DNA of 32,000 bases, taken from positions 120,001 through 152,000 of the forward strand of contig NZ_CP045876.1 in assembly GCF_020541245.1 (NCBI RefSeq), in the 5' to 3' direction. This DNA is from Candidatus Annandia pinicola (GTDB lineage: Bacteria > Pseudomonadota > Gammaproteobacteria > Enterobacterales > Enterobacteriaceae_A). This document shows, in pieces, positions 1 to 8,961 of the stretch. Each line of letters opens with the position of its first letter. Positions within the stretch are counted from its first letter, which is position 1. Both the position numbers and the translations under genes were made by a program. Below the pieces are notes generated by a model, which was given only the letters and a program-made list of their open reading frames with translations, made no database searches and had not been told where the DNA came from.

Positions 1-311
1 GGTCCAAATATAATATTTACATATTTAGCTCTTTTTAATATTTCTTCACCTTCTTGTGAAGCAACACAACCACCAACACAAATAATAATTTTGGGATTTT
101 TTTTTTTTATTTTTTTCCATCTTCCTAATTGATGAAAAACTTTTTCTTGAGATTTATCTCTTATAGAACATGTATTTAAAATTAATATGTCAGCTTCTAA
201 ATCTATTTTAGTAATCAAATATTTTTTTTTATTCAAAATATTTATTATTTTAGAGGAATCATACACATTCATTTGACAACCCCAAGTTTTAATATATAGT
301 TTTTTAATCAT
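1..311 (-). CDS. miaB: tRNA-2-methylthio-N6-isopentenyladenosine synthase MiaB, N-terminal part only (3' end lies beyond the left edge)
   Basis: Hand translation of the minus strand from ATG at 311-309 gives [22 protein letters not shown]...[21 protein letters not shown]...[14 protein letters not shown]. This is nearly colinear with the E. coli MiaB N-terminus ([20 protein letters not shown]...[21 protein letters not shown]). The position next to the metT-type tRNA cluster and glnS matches E. coli. The gene is not in the ORF track because it is truncated. Confidence 0.88.
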   Translation of the reverse strand, partial: MIKKLYIKTWGCQMNVYDSSKIINILNKKKYLITKIDLEADILILNTCSIRDKSQEKVFHQLGRWKKIKKKNPKIIICVGGCVASQEGEEILKRAKYVNIIFG

Positions 312-415
312 TTATTTTTTTATACATTAATATTATAAATGTTACTTATAATATATTATTTTTTTTAATTAAAAATATAATTATTATATACTAATTATTA
401 AAAAAACTTATAATA

Positions 416-489
416 TGGCTACGACAGGAATCGAACCTGTGACCTCAGCGTTATGAGTGCTGTGCTCTAACCTTCTGAGCTACGTAGCC
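416..489 (-). tRNA. metT: tRNA-Met (anticodon CAT), elongator type
   Basis: The reverse complement GGCTACGTAGCTCAGAAGGTTAGAGCACAGCACTCATAACGCTGAGGTCACAGGTTCGATTCCTGTCGTAGCCA folds as a cloverleaf with anticodon CAT. It is near-identical to the E. coli elongator tRNA-Met, not to the initiator or the tRNA-Ile2 type. The 3' CCA is not encoded. Confidence 0.93.
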
Positions 490-501
490 ATAATACAAAC
501 T

Positions 502-573
502 CTGGGGTACCTGGATTCGAACCAGGGAATGCCGGTATCAAAAACCGGTGCCTTACCACTTGGCTATACCCCA
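502..573 (-). tRNA. glnU: tRNA-Gln (anticodon TTG)
   Basis: The reverse complement TGGGGTATAGCCAAGTGGTAAGGCACCGGTTTTTGATACCGGCATTCCCTGGTTCGAATCCAGGTACCCCAG is near-identical to E. coli tRNA-Gln(UUG). CCA is not encoded. Confidence 0.93.
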
Positions 574-581
574 AAAAAAAA

Positions 582-666
582 TGCGGAGAACGAGATTTGA
601 ACTCGCATACCTTATAAGGGGTGCCAGATCCTAAATCTGGTGCGTCTACCATTGCGCCATCTCCGC
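582..666 (-). tRNA. leuW: tRNA-Leu (anticodon TAG), class II with long variable arm
   Basis: The reverse complement GCGGAGATGGCGCAATGGTAGACGCACCAGATTTAGGATCTGGCACCCCTTATAAGGTATGCGAGTTCAAATCTCGTTCTCCGCA has acceptor stem GCGGAGA/TCTCCGC and anticodon loop TTTAGGA (UAG). It resembles E. coli leuW. It is separated from tRNA-Gln by only 8 nt (A8 on the plus strand). CCA is not encoded. Confidence 0.92.
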
Positions 667-743
667 TTTATTATAATAAAAAAATATATTATTAAATATT
701 TATATTATAATAAAATAAAATAAATATAAATATAGGTAAAAAT

Positions 744-2363
744 TTGAATAAAACAAAAAATAACTTTATATATAATATTATAACTAAAGATTTGAAAAAA
801 TGCAAACATAAAAAAATATATACTAGATTTCCCCCAGAACCAAATGGTTATTTACATATTGGTCATGCTAAATCTATATTATTAAATTTTAATATAGCAA
901 AAAAATTTAATGGAATATGTAATTTAAGATTAGACGATACAAATCCATCTAAAGAAAACAAAAAATATGTTAATTCTATTAAATATGATATTAAATGGTT
1001 AGGATTTAAATTTTATTATGATATATATTATACTTCACAATATTTTTATTTATTATATAAATTTTCTATAAAATTAATTAAAAATGGATTAGCATATATA
1101 GATGAATTAAATAAACATCAAATTAGTAAATATAAAGGTAATTTTAATAATTTAGGTAAAAATAGTCCTTATAGAAAACGAAGTATAAATGAAAATTTAA
1201 TTTTTTTTAAAAAAATGAAAAATGGTTTTTTTAATAATGGTAAAATATCTTTAAGAGCTAAAATAAATATGTTATCTCCTAATATTCTAATGAGAGATCC
1301 TATATTGTATAGAATTAAATTTAATAAACATTATAAAACGAAATATATATGGTGTATATACCCTATGTATGATTTTGCTCATTGTTTATCAGATTATATA
1401 GAAAAAATAACTCATTCTTTATGTACATTAGAATTTCAAGATAATAAAATTTTATATGATTGGTTTTTAAATAATCTTAAAATTTTTAATAAACCTAAAC
1501 AATATGAATTTTCTAGATTAAATATAGAATACAATGTTATTTCTAAAAGAAAGTTGTCAATATTAATTAAAAAAAAAATAATTACAGGATGGGATGATCC
1601 TCGTATAGTCACTTTATCTGGATTACGTAATAGAGGTTACACATCTAATTCTATTTTAAATTTCTGTAATTCTATAGGAGTAACTAGACAAAATAGTTTA
1701 ATTAAAATTTCTTTTTTAGAAAATTTTATTCGTAAAGAATTAAATATAAAATCACAAAGATTAATTGCTGTTTTAAATCCTATTAAAATTATAATAGAAA
1801 ATTTTAATAAAATAAAAGAAAAAATTTTAATTCCAAATCATCCACAAAACAAAAATATGGGTAAAAGAAAATATGTTTTTAGTAAAGAAATATATATTGA
1901 TAATAAAGATTTTAAAGAAAAAAAAACAAATGGTTATAGAGGTTTAACTATAGGTAATAAAGTAAAATTAAGATATTCTTACATTATAAAAGCTAAAAAA
2001 ATAAAAAAAGATAAAAATGGTAATATAATATATATATTATGTAAATATTACAAAAATAGAAAAAAAAATAATGTAAATGGTATTATTCATTGGATATCTA
2101 AATTATATTCTATACCTGCAATATTTTTTTTATATTATAATTTATTTAAAATATCTAATCCAGAAAATAAAAAAAATTTTATTAAATATATTAATAAAAA
2201 ATCTTTAGTAATTAATAGAGGATTTATAGAAAAAAACATAAAAAATATAAATAATTTTTCTTATCAGTTTGAAAGAAAAGGTTATTTTTGTTTAAATAAA
2301 AATTTTAAAAATAATAATATTTTTTATTTTAATAGAATTGTTAAATTAAAAAATATAATATAA
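744..2363 (+). CDS. glnS: glutaminyl-tRNA synthetase
   Basis: The 539-aa ORF is colinear with E. coli GlnS. It has the HIGH motif (YLHIGHAKS) and a VISKR (MSK-type) motif, plus RFPPEPNGYLHIGHAKS and IYPMYDFAHC. The start is TTG at 744, with AGGT 6 nt upstream and no in-frame ATG before the conserved N-terminus. The stop is TAA. Confidence 0.95.
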   Translation: MNKTKNNFIYNIITKDLKKCKHKKIYTRFPPEPNGYLHIGHAKSILLNFNIAKKFNGICNLRLDDTNPSKENKKYVNSIKYDIKWLGFKFYYDIYYTSQYFYLLYKFSIKLIKNGLAYIDELNKHQISKYKGNFNNLGKNSPYRKRSINENLIFFKKMKNGFFNNGKISLRAKINMLSPNILMRDPILYRIKFNKHYKTKYIWCIYPMYDFAHCLSDYIEKITHSLCTLEFQDNKILYDWFLNNLKIFNKPKQYEFSRLNIEYNVISKRKLSILIKKKIITGWDDPRIVTLSGLRNRGYTSNSILNFCNSIGVTRQNSLIKISFLENFIRKELNIKSQRLIAVLNPIKIIIENFNKIKEKILIPNHPQNKNMGKRKYVFSKEIYIDNKDFKEKKTNGYRGLTIGNKVKLRYSYIIKAKKIKKDKNGNIIYILCKYYKNRKKNNVNGIIHWISKLYSIPAIFFLYYNLFKISNPENKKNFIKYINKKSLVINRGFIEKNIKNINNFSYQFERKGYFCLNKNFKNNNIFYFNRIVKLKNII

Positions 2364-2445
2364 TTATCATTATAATAATTTTTATAAAATCATTATAATA
2401 ATAATTAAATATTTATTTTATTATAACTTTTTAATTAATATATTT

Positions 2446-3297
2446 ATGAAACAAAAAAAAATATGGCATGAAAAATTTAATAAATATTGTGGACAATATT
2501 TAACTATTGATAAAGAATTATATAAAGAATCTACAAAATACCAAGATTTATTTTTTTTCAAAAATAAAATTTTTGGAAATATTTTATCATTAAATGATGT
2601 TATTAAAACTACTGAATATGATGAATTTATATATAATGAAATGATTGTACATGTACCTATGATATCACACGGTTCTGCAAAAAATATATTAATTATAGGT
2701 GGAGGAGACGGAGGAATTTTAAGAGAATTATTAAAATATGATACAATAAAAAAAATAACAATGGTTGAAAATGATATTAAAATAATTAAATATTGTAAAA
2801 TATATCTACCTAATAGTAGTTTAAATTCATTTAAAAATTCAAAATTAAAATTAAAAATAAATGATGGGTTTGAATTTATTAAAAAAAACAAAGATAAATT
2901 TGATATAATTATTTCAGATATTTCTAGTAAAATAGAATTAAACTCAAAATTTTTTTCTTTGAAATTTTATATAAATTGTAAAAAATGTTTAAATAATAAT
3001 GGTATATTTATAATTCAAAATGGAATTATTCCTATACAAAAATCTATGGTAATTAAAAATATTTCTATTATAAAAAAAATTTTTAATAATGTAAATTTAT
3101 ATCAAACATTTATTCCTAGTTACTATGGCGGAGCTACAACTTTTTTATATGCTACTAATAATTTAATAAAAATTGATAATGAATATGATAAAATTTATAA
3201 AAAATTTATAAAATATAAAATAATATGTAAATATTATAATACTTTAACACATATTAATAGTTTTATATTACCAGAATATATTTTAAATAATATATAA
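2446..3297 (+). CDS. speE: spermidine synthase-like protein (SpeE family), with a divergent catalytic loop
   Basis: The 283-aa ORF is colinear with E. coli SpeE (KIWHEKF..GQY, TTEYDEFIYNEM, IIGGGDGGILRE, IPSYYGG). The conserved SD-x-TDP-x-GPG loop instead reads SDISSKIELN (see findings). Confidence 0.85.
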   Translation: MKQKKIWHEKFNKYCGQYLTIDKELYKESTKYQDLFFFKNKIFGNILSLNDVIKTTEYDEFIYNEMIVHVPMISHGSAKNILIIGGGDGGILRELLKYDTIKKITMVENDIKIIKYCKIYLPNSSLNSFKNSKLKLKINDGFEFIKKNKDKFDIIISDISSKIELNSKFFSLKFYINCKKCLNNNGIFIIQNGIIPIQKSMVIKNISIIKKIFNNVNLYQTFIPSYYGGATTFLYATNNLIKIDNEYDKIYKKFIKYKIICKYYNTLTHINSFILPEYILNNI

Positions 3298-3477
3298 TTA
3301 ATAAAATAATAAACTAAAAAATATTATATTTTAAATAAAATTAATTAAAAAAAATAAATAATAATATTTTAATATTATTAATATTTATATAATAAATATT
3401 AATAATAATTTTTAATATGAAAATAACTAAAAAATTTTAATTATTTTTAATATAAATTCTAAAAGGAATAATTATAT

Positions 3478-4392
3478 ATGAAAGCTTTAAATTTAAAAAA
3501 AATAAATAAAATATATGGTAATAAAAAAGTTATTAATAATATAAATTTAATAATTAAAAAGGGTGATTTTTATGCATTACTTGGTCCTAATGGAGCAGGA
3601 AAATCTACTCTTATAAATATAATTTCTGGTTTAACAAAAAAAAATTCAGGTGAAGTATATATTTTTGGAAAAAATATAGATAAATATAAATTTATATCAA
3701 AATTTTTAATAGGATTAGTTCCACAAGAATTTAATTGTAATTTATTTGAAAATATAAAACAAATTTTATTATATTATGCTGGATATTATGGAATAGAATA
3801 TGATATAGCTAATAAAAGAGCTAATAAATATTTAATTAAATTAAATTTATGGAATAAACGTCATTTAAATTTTAAAAAACTATCTGGTGGTATGAAAAGA
3901 AGATTGATGATAGCAAGATCATTAATGAGTAAACCAAAATTATTAATTTTAGATGAGCCTACATCTGGAGTTGATATAGAATTAAGAAGATCAATGTGGT
4001 TATTTTTGAAAGAATTAAATAAAAAGGGTACAACTATAATATTAACAACTCATTATTTGGAAGAAGCTGAACTTTTATGTAATCATGCAGGAATAATTTA
4101 TAATGGAACTTTAATAGAAAATACTTCTATGCAAGTTTTATTAAAAAAATTAGATTCAGAGGTATTTATTTTTCACATTAATAAAAAAAAAAAATGTATA
4201 ATATTAAATAATTTTCATTATAAATATATTGATGAATATAATTTAGAAATTGAAGTTAAATGTGGTCAATATTTAAATGATGTTTTTTTACAACTACATA
4301 AACAAAATATAAAAATTTTAAGTATAAGAAATAAAGTTAGTAGATTAGAAAAACTATTTATTGATAAATTAAAAATTAAGGAAAAATTATAA
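3478..4392 (+). CDS. yadG: ABC-2 type transporter, ATP-binding subunit
   Basis: The 304-aa ORF has Walker A GPNGAGKST, signature LSGGMKRR and Walker B LLILDEPT. It is colinear with E. coli YadG (GDFYALLGPNGAGKST, GLVPQEFN, GTTIILTTHYLEEAE). AAGGA lies upstream of the ATG. The gene sits downstream of speE as in the E. coli region. Confidence 0.9.
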   Translation: MKALNLKKINKIYGNKKVINNINLIIKKGDFYALLGPNGAGKSTLINIISGLTKKNSGEVYIFGKNIDKYKFISKFLIGLVPQEFNCNLFENIKQILLYYAGYYGIEYDIANKRANKYLIKLNLWNKRHLNFKKLSGGMKRRLMIARSLMSKPKLLILDEPTSGVDIELRRSMWLFLKELNKKGTTIILTTHYLEEAELLCNHAGIIYNGTLIENTSMQVLLKKLDSEVFIFHINKKKKCIILNNFHYKYIDEYNLEIEVKCGQYLNDVFLQLHKQNIKILSIRNKVSRLEKLFIDKLKIKEKL

Positions 4393-5157
4393 ATGATAAA
4401 TTTTTATTTAATATCTTTAATAAATATTATACATAAAGAAATATCTAGATTTACAAGGATTTGGATACAAACCTTAATTCCTCCAATTATAAATATGACT
4501 TTATACTTTATAATTTTTGGTAATATTATGAATAATGATATAAAAAAAATAGAAGGTTTTAATTATTTACAATTTATTGTTCCAGGATTAATTATAATGG
4601 TTATAATTAATAATTCTTATAGCAATGTATCTTCCTCCTTTTTTAATTCTAAATTTCAAAGAAATATTGAAGAAATAATTATATCACCAATATCAACACA
4701 TATTACTATTATAGGATATATATGTGGTAGTATAGTAAGATCTTTATTTATTAGTAATTTATTAATATTAATATCATTATTTTTTATAAATTATAAAATT
4801 CATTCATGGATAACAATTTTTTTTATTATTATTCTTACTTCAACATTATTTTCTTTAATAGGGTTATTAAGTGCTATAATGGCAAAAACATTTGACGATA
4901 TTAGTTTAATTCCAACTTTAGTTTTAACTCCTTTAAACTATTTAGGTGGTATATTTTATTCTATTAGATGTTTATCTGATTTTTGGAAAAAAATTTCTTT
5001 AATTAATCCAATAACTTACATGATTAGTGGTTTAAGATATGGTTTTATTGGTATAAATTTCATACCAATAAAATATATAATAATTATTTTGTTTTTTTTA
5101 ACTTTCTTTTTTTATATCATTACATGGTATTTCCTTAAAAAAAAATTATTTAATTAA
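4393..5157 (+). CDS. yadH: ABC-2 type transporter, permease subunit
   Basis: The 254-aa hydrophobic ORF starts immediately after the yadG TAA. It is colinear with E. coli YadH (KEISRFTRIWIQTLIPP, MTLYFIIFGN, FIVPGLI, FQRNIEE, INPITYMISGLRYGF). Confidence 0.9.
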   Translation: MINFYLISLINIIHKEISRFTRIWIQTLIPPIINMTLYFIIFGNIMNNDIKKIEGFNYLQFIVPGLIIMVIINNSYSNVSSSFFNSKFQRNIEEIIISPISTHITIIGYICGSIVRSLFISNLLILISLFFINYKIHSWITIFFIIILTSTLFSLIGLLSAIMAKTFDDISLIPTLVLTPLNYLGGIFYSIRCLSDFWKKISLINPITYMISGLRYGFIGINFIPIKYIIIILFFLTFFFYIITWYFLKKKLFN

Positions 5158-5195
5158 TAAATATTTTTTTTATTTTTAAATATTAATAATATATA

Positions 5196-5852
5196 TTATA
5201 AATAACTATTTATTATTGATTTTAAAATTTTATTAATGTCATAAACATTACCATTACCATAAATTCTATAATATATTATTCTTCCTGAAAGATTTTGTCT
5301 ATTATAAAAAGATGATAATAAAATATTATTTTTATAATATAACATTAATCTTTTAAGCAATGTTTCTTCGTTATCATCATTTCTTCTAATTAATTTTTCT
5401 CCGGTAAAATCATCAATACCTTTATTGATAGGAGGAAAAAATTTAGTATTATATATTCTTCCTGATATTGGATGTATAAGTCTTCCTTTTACTCTATCAA
5501 AAATTATTTCATTAAGAGTTAATAATTCTAAAACCAAATATATAGATGAACCAAAATATTTTTTAAAAAAAATAGCTTGATTAATACTTCTAGGAAAACC
5601 ATCTAGTATAAAACCATTACAACAATCTGATTTTAATAATCTTCTTACTACCATTGAAATTATTAAACTATTATTTACTAATTGACCTTTTTTCATAATA
5701 TTATTTATATCTTTATATTTTTCTTTATTTTTATAAACAATAAATCTTAACAAATCTCCTGCAGAAATATGAGGAATATTGTATTGATTAGAAATTATTT
5801 TAGCTTGGGTACCCTTACCAGATCCAGGTGATCCTAATAAAACAATATACAT
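5196..5852 (-). CDS. adk: adenylate kinase
   Basis: The 218-aa ORF has the P-loop GSPGSGKGTQA, and the FILDGFPR and RRNDDNEET (LID/core) motifs. It lies downstream of htpG as in E. coli. Confidence 0.95.
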   Translation of the reverse strand: MYIVLLGSPGSGKGTQAKIISNQYNIPHISAGDLLRFIVYKNKEKYKDINNIMKKGQLVNNSLIISMVVRRLLKSDCCNGFILDGFPRSINQAIFFKKYFGSSIYLVLELLTLNEIIFDRVKGRLIHPISGRIYNTKFFPPINKGIDDFTGEKLIRRNDDNEETLLKRLMLYYKNNILLSSFYNRQNLSGRIIYYRIYGNGNVYDINKILKSIINSYL

Positions 5853-5873
5853 AAATTTATTTCCTTTTTTTTA

Positions 5874-7742
5874 TTATATTAATAATTTATTTATAATTTT
5901 AATAAATTTATTTGGATTATTTAAAAAACCTTGTTCAATCAATAAAGATTGATTTAATAATAAATATACCCAATCTTTAAAAATTATATCATCTTTAATA
6001 TTAATGATTTTTTTAATTAATTTATTATTAGGATTTATTTCTAAAATATATTTAACTTTTGGAGCTTTTTGACCGACTGAAGTTAATAATTTAAACATTT
6101 GAGTACTAATATCATTTTTATCAGTTTTTAATATAACCGGAATATTATCAACCATGTTATAAGATAACTTAACTTCTTTTATTTTATCTTTTAATATATT
6201 TTTTATACGATTTAAAAAAACAGTAAAATCATTATTATTTTTTATATTTGATTTTTTATCTTTTTTTATAATTTCATCTACAGAATTATCAGATGTACTA
6301 ATAGATTGAAATTTATTTCCTTGAAATTCTATTATATTATTAATAACCCATTCATCTATTCTATCAAATAACAATAAAACTTCTATTTTTTCTTTATAAA
6401 AAAAATCTAAATGTGGACTATTTTTAGCAGATTTAAAGCTATCAGCAGTAATATAATAAATTTTATTTTGATTAGGTTTCATTCTAGAAATATATTTTTT
6501 TAATGAAATTACTTTTGTACTATCATCATTAAAAGATGATGAAAATCTTAATAGATCAATAATATAATCTTTATTATCTAAATCTTCTACTACCCCTTCT
6601 TTTAAAATTAATCCGAATTCTTTCCAAAAAATTTTGAATTTATCTTTATCTTTAGATAATTTAATAATCATTTTAATTATTCTTTTAGTTAAAGATAATT
6701 TTATATTTCTTATTATATTATTATTTTGTAATAATTCTCTAGATATATTTAAAGGTAAATCTTTAGAATCAATTATACCTTTTACAAAACGTAAATAATA
6801 TGGTAAAAATTTTTTAATATCTTCCATAATAAATACACGTTGAATATAAAGTTTTAATTCACCTTTATAATTTCTATTCCATATTTGTTCTGATATTTTT
6901 GAAGGTATATATATTAAATTTATATATTCATATTTACCTTCTACAAAATTATGACTCCATATTAAAGGATCATTTATTTGATTAAAAGTATTTTTATAAA
7001 AATCTATATATTTTTTTTTATCAATTTCAGATTTATTAACTAACCATAATGCTTTAGTTTTATTTATTTTATTCCATTTTTTTATATTATTATTTTTATC
7101 TTTAGTTTCAATTTCAATTGGTATTGAAATATGATTAGAGTATTTATTTACTATATTTTTAATAATATCTTTATTTAAAAAATTATTTTCTTTTGAACGT
7201 AAATATAAAATAATTTCTGTACCATTGTTTTTTTTATTAATATTTTCAATAGAATATTTACCATCTCCATTAGAAGACCATAATACAGCATCTGTATTTT
7301 TTAAAGCAGATTTAGTAATTACAGAAACTTTATTAGCAACCATGAAAGAAGAATAAAAACCAACACCAAATTTTCCAATCATATTATTTTTTATATTTTT
7401 TTTTTCTTTTAAAGATTTTATAAATTCTTTAGTTCCAGATTTAGCAATAGTACCTAAGTTATTAATAACTTCTTCTTTGGTCATACCAATACCATTATCT
7501 ATTATTTTTAATTTTTTTTTTTTATCATTTACTGAAATTCTTATATGAGGTTTATCAATTTTTTCATAAAGATCTGGATTAGAAATATTATTAAATCTTA
7601 ACTTATCAATAGCATCAGAAGCATTAGATATTAATTCTCTTAAAAAAATTTCTTTATTAGAATATAATGAATGTATCATTATATTTAATAATTGTTTAAT
7701 CTCTGTTTTAAAACCATATGTTATTTTATTATCTGTTTTCAT
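5874..7742 (-). CDS. htpG: HSP90-family molecular chaperone HtpG
   Basis: The 622-aa ORF has the N-terminal GHKL ATPase motifs (IFLRELISNASDAIDKLRF, DNGIGMT, GKFGVGFYS) and is colinear with E. coli HtpG over its full length. Confidence 0.95.
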   Translation of the reverse strand: MKTDNKITYGFKTEIKQLLNIMIHSLYSNKEIFLRELISNASDAIDKLRFNNISNPDLYEKIDKPHIRISVNDKKKKLKIIDNGIGMTKEEVINNLGTIAKSGTKEFIKSLKEKKNIKNNMIGKFGVGFYSSFMVANKVSVITKSALKNTDAVLWSSNGDGKYSIENINKKNNGTEIILYLRSKENNFLNKDIIKNIVNKYSNHISIPIEIETKDKNNNIKKWNKINKTKALWLVNKSEIDKKKYIDFYKNTFNQINDPLIWSHNFVEGKYEYINLIYIPSKISEQIWNRNYKGELKLYIQRVFIMEDIKKFLPYYLRFVKGIIDSKDLPLNISRELLQNNNIIRNIKLSLTKRIIKMIIKLSKDKDKFKIFWKEFGLILKEGVVEDLDNKDYIIDLLRFSSSFNDDSTKVISLKKYISRMKPNQNKIYYITADSFKSAKNSPHLDFFYKEKIEVLLLFDRIDEWVINNIIEFQGNKFQSISTSDNSVDEIIKKDKKSNIKNNNDFTVFLNRIKNILKDKIKEVKLSYNMVDNIPVILKTDKNDISTQMFKLLTSVGQKAPKVKYILEINPNNKLIKKIINIKDDIIFKDWVYLLLNQSLLIEQGFLNNPNKFIKIINKLLI

Positions 7743-7849
7743 ATTATTTCCATTAAAAAAAATAATAAAATTATTTTAATTTTATTATATTTTTATAAAT
7801 ATTAAAATTATTACAATATTTTATTTAATTAATTAAATATTAAAAAAAA

Positions 7850-8950
7850 TTATATAATATTTTTATTATTAATTGTTAATATTTCTAAAATAATCATTTC
7901 AAAACCTATATATAAATTAGGCGCTAAATATAAATTTTTAGTGCCTTTTATTAAAATTTTATAATATAGTTTTATTTCTTCTAATGATGTTAAGTTAGAT
8001 AAATTCTTAATACGATCATAATAAATATAATATTTATGATTTTTTTTTATTATAATATTAAATTTACATAAATATATTTGATGTATAATATTTATAATAT
8101 CATATATAAATAAATTCCAATTTATATTTTTTGTAGAAATATTTTTTATTAAATTGATTGTTTTTTCATATTTTTTATAAAAAATATATTCTAATAAAAT
8201 TAAAGAATTTTCTATATCTATTAAACCTAGCATTTTATTAACATTACTATTTAATATTTTTTTTTTACCTAAAATAATTGCTTGATCTGTTAGATTTAAA
8301 GCATCACGCATACTTCCATTTGCAAAATTAGATAAAGATAATATTGCTTTTTTTTCAAAAATTATTTTTTCTTTTTTAAGTATTTTAACTATACTTTTAT
8401 TTATTTCATAATTACTAATTTTATTTAAATAAAAATGTAAACATCTTGATAAAACAGTTTCAGGAATTTTTTGAGGATCAGTAGTTGCTAATATAAATAT
8501 AATATGACTAGGAGGGTTTTCTAATATTTTTAATAAAGCATTAAAACTATATTTAGATAACATATGAACTTCATCTATAATATAAATTTTAAACCTTCCA
8601 ATTATAGGTAAATATTTTATGTTATCTAATAAATCTTTTATATCTTCTATTTTAGTTTTAGAAGCACCATCTATTTCTATAACATCTATAAAATTATTTT
8701 TTTCTATTTTAATACAATTAACACATTTTCTACATGGTTTATAAGAAATTTTAATTTTACAATTTAAACTTTTAGCTAATATTCTAGCTATAGAAGTTTT
8801 TCCAACTCCATAAGAACCTGAAAATAACCAAATATGATTTATATATTTCATATCTAAACTATTTTTTATAGCCATTACTATATATTTTTGTCCTACAACC
8901 TTATCTAAAGATTGAGGTCTATACTTTAAAGATAATATTAAATTATTCAT
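7850..8950 (-). CDS. dnaX: DNA polymerase III clamp-loader subunit DnaX, gamma-length (domains I-III only)
   Basis: It has Walker A GSYGVGKTS, a zinc-module-like CKIKISYKPCRKCVNC, DEVHML, SRC and TDPQKIP. The ORF track starts at 8971, but MNNLILSLKYRPQ (ATG at 8950-8948) aligns residue for residue with E. coli MSYQVLARKWRPQ, so I prefer 8950. The protein ends where E. coli domain III ends. Confidence 0.88.
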   Translation of the reverse strand: MNNLILSLKYRPQSLDKVVGQKYIVMAIKNSLDMKYINHIWLFSGSYGVGKTSIARILAKSLNCKIKISYKPCRKCVNCIKIEKNNFIDVIEIDGASKTKIEDIKDLLDNIKYLPIIGRFKIYIIDEVHMLSKYSFNALLKILENPPSHIIFILATTDPQKIPETVLSRCLHFYLNKISNYEINKSIVKILKKEKIIFEKKAILSLSNFANGSMRDALNLTDQAIILGKKKILNSNVNKMLGLIDIENSLILLEYIFYKKYEKTINLIKNISTKNINWNLFIYDIINIIHQIYLCKFNIIIKKNHKYYIYYDRIKNLSNLTSLEEIKLYYKILIKGTKNLYLAPNLYIGFEMIILEILTINNKNII

Positions 8951-8961
8951 ATTTATTTTTA

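Noticed and set aside
467-652. 61-aa minus-strand ORF from the ORF track
   Set aside because: It lies entirely across the tRNA-Met, tRNA-Gln and tRNA-Leu genes. Its relatively GC-rich coding look comes from tRNA sequence, so it is not a protein gene.
2366-2402. 14-bp direct repeat ATCATTATAATAAT (2366-2379 and 2389-2402) in the glnS-speE spacer
   Set aside because: It is short, almost pure A/T, and within chance expectation for this base composition. There is no associated structure or flanking feature.
2421-2891. 156-aa minus-strand ORF antisense to speE
   Set aside because: It is a shadow ORF opposite a well-supported gene. It is low-complexity and Ile/Phe/Asn-rich, has no recognisable motif, and has no SD.
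3298-3477. 180-bp speE-yadG spacer, examined as a possible speD remnant or small RNA. It includes the AT palindrome AATAATATTTTAATATTATT and a 7-codon mini-ORF (ATG AAA ATA ACT AAA AAA TTT TAA at 3417-3440).
   Set aside because: No translated frame resembles SpeD. The palindromes are A/T-only and thermodynamically weak. The mini-ORF has no SD, and no conservation can be assessed.
7743-7849. Search for sigma-32 (CTTGAAA..CCCCAT) or clear sigma-70 promoters upstream of htpG, and likewise upstream of clpP/cyoA (24157-24352)
   Set aside because: No CCCCAT-like -10 element is present. TTGNNN/TATAAT-like hexamers occur everywhere in this composition with wrong or ambiguous spacing, so no promoter call can be supported from sequence alone.
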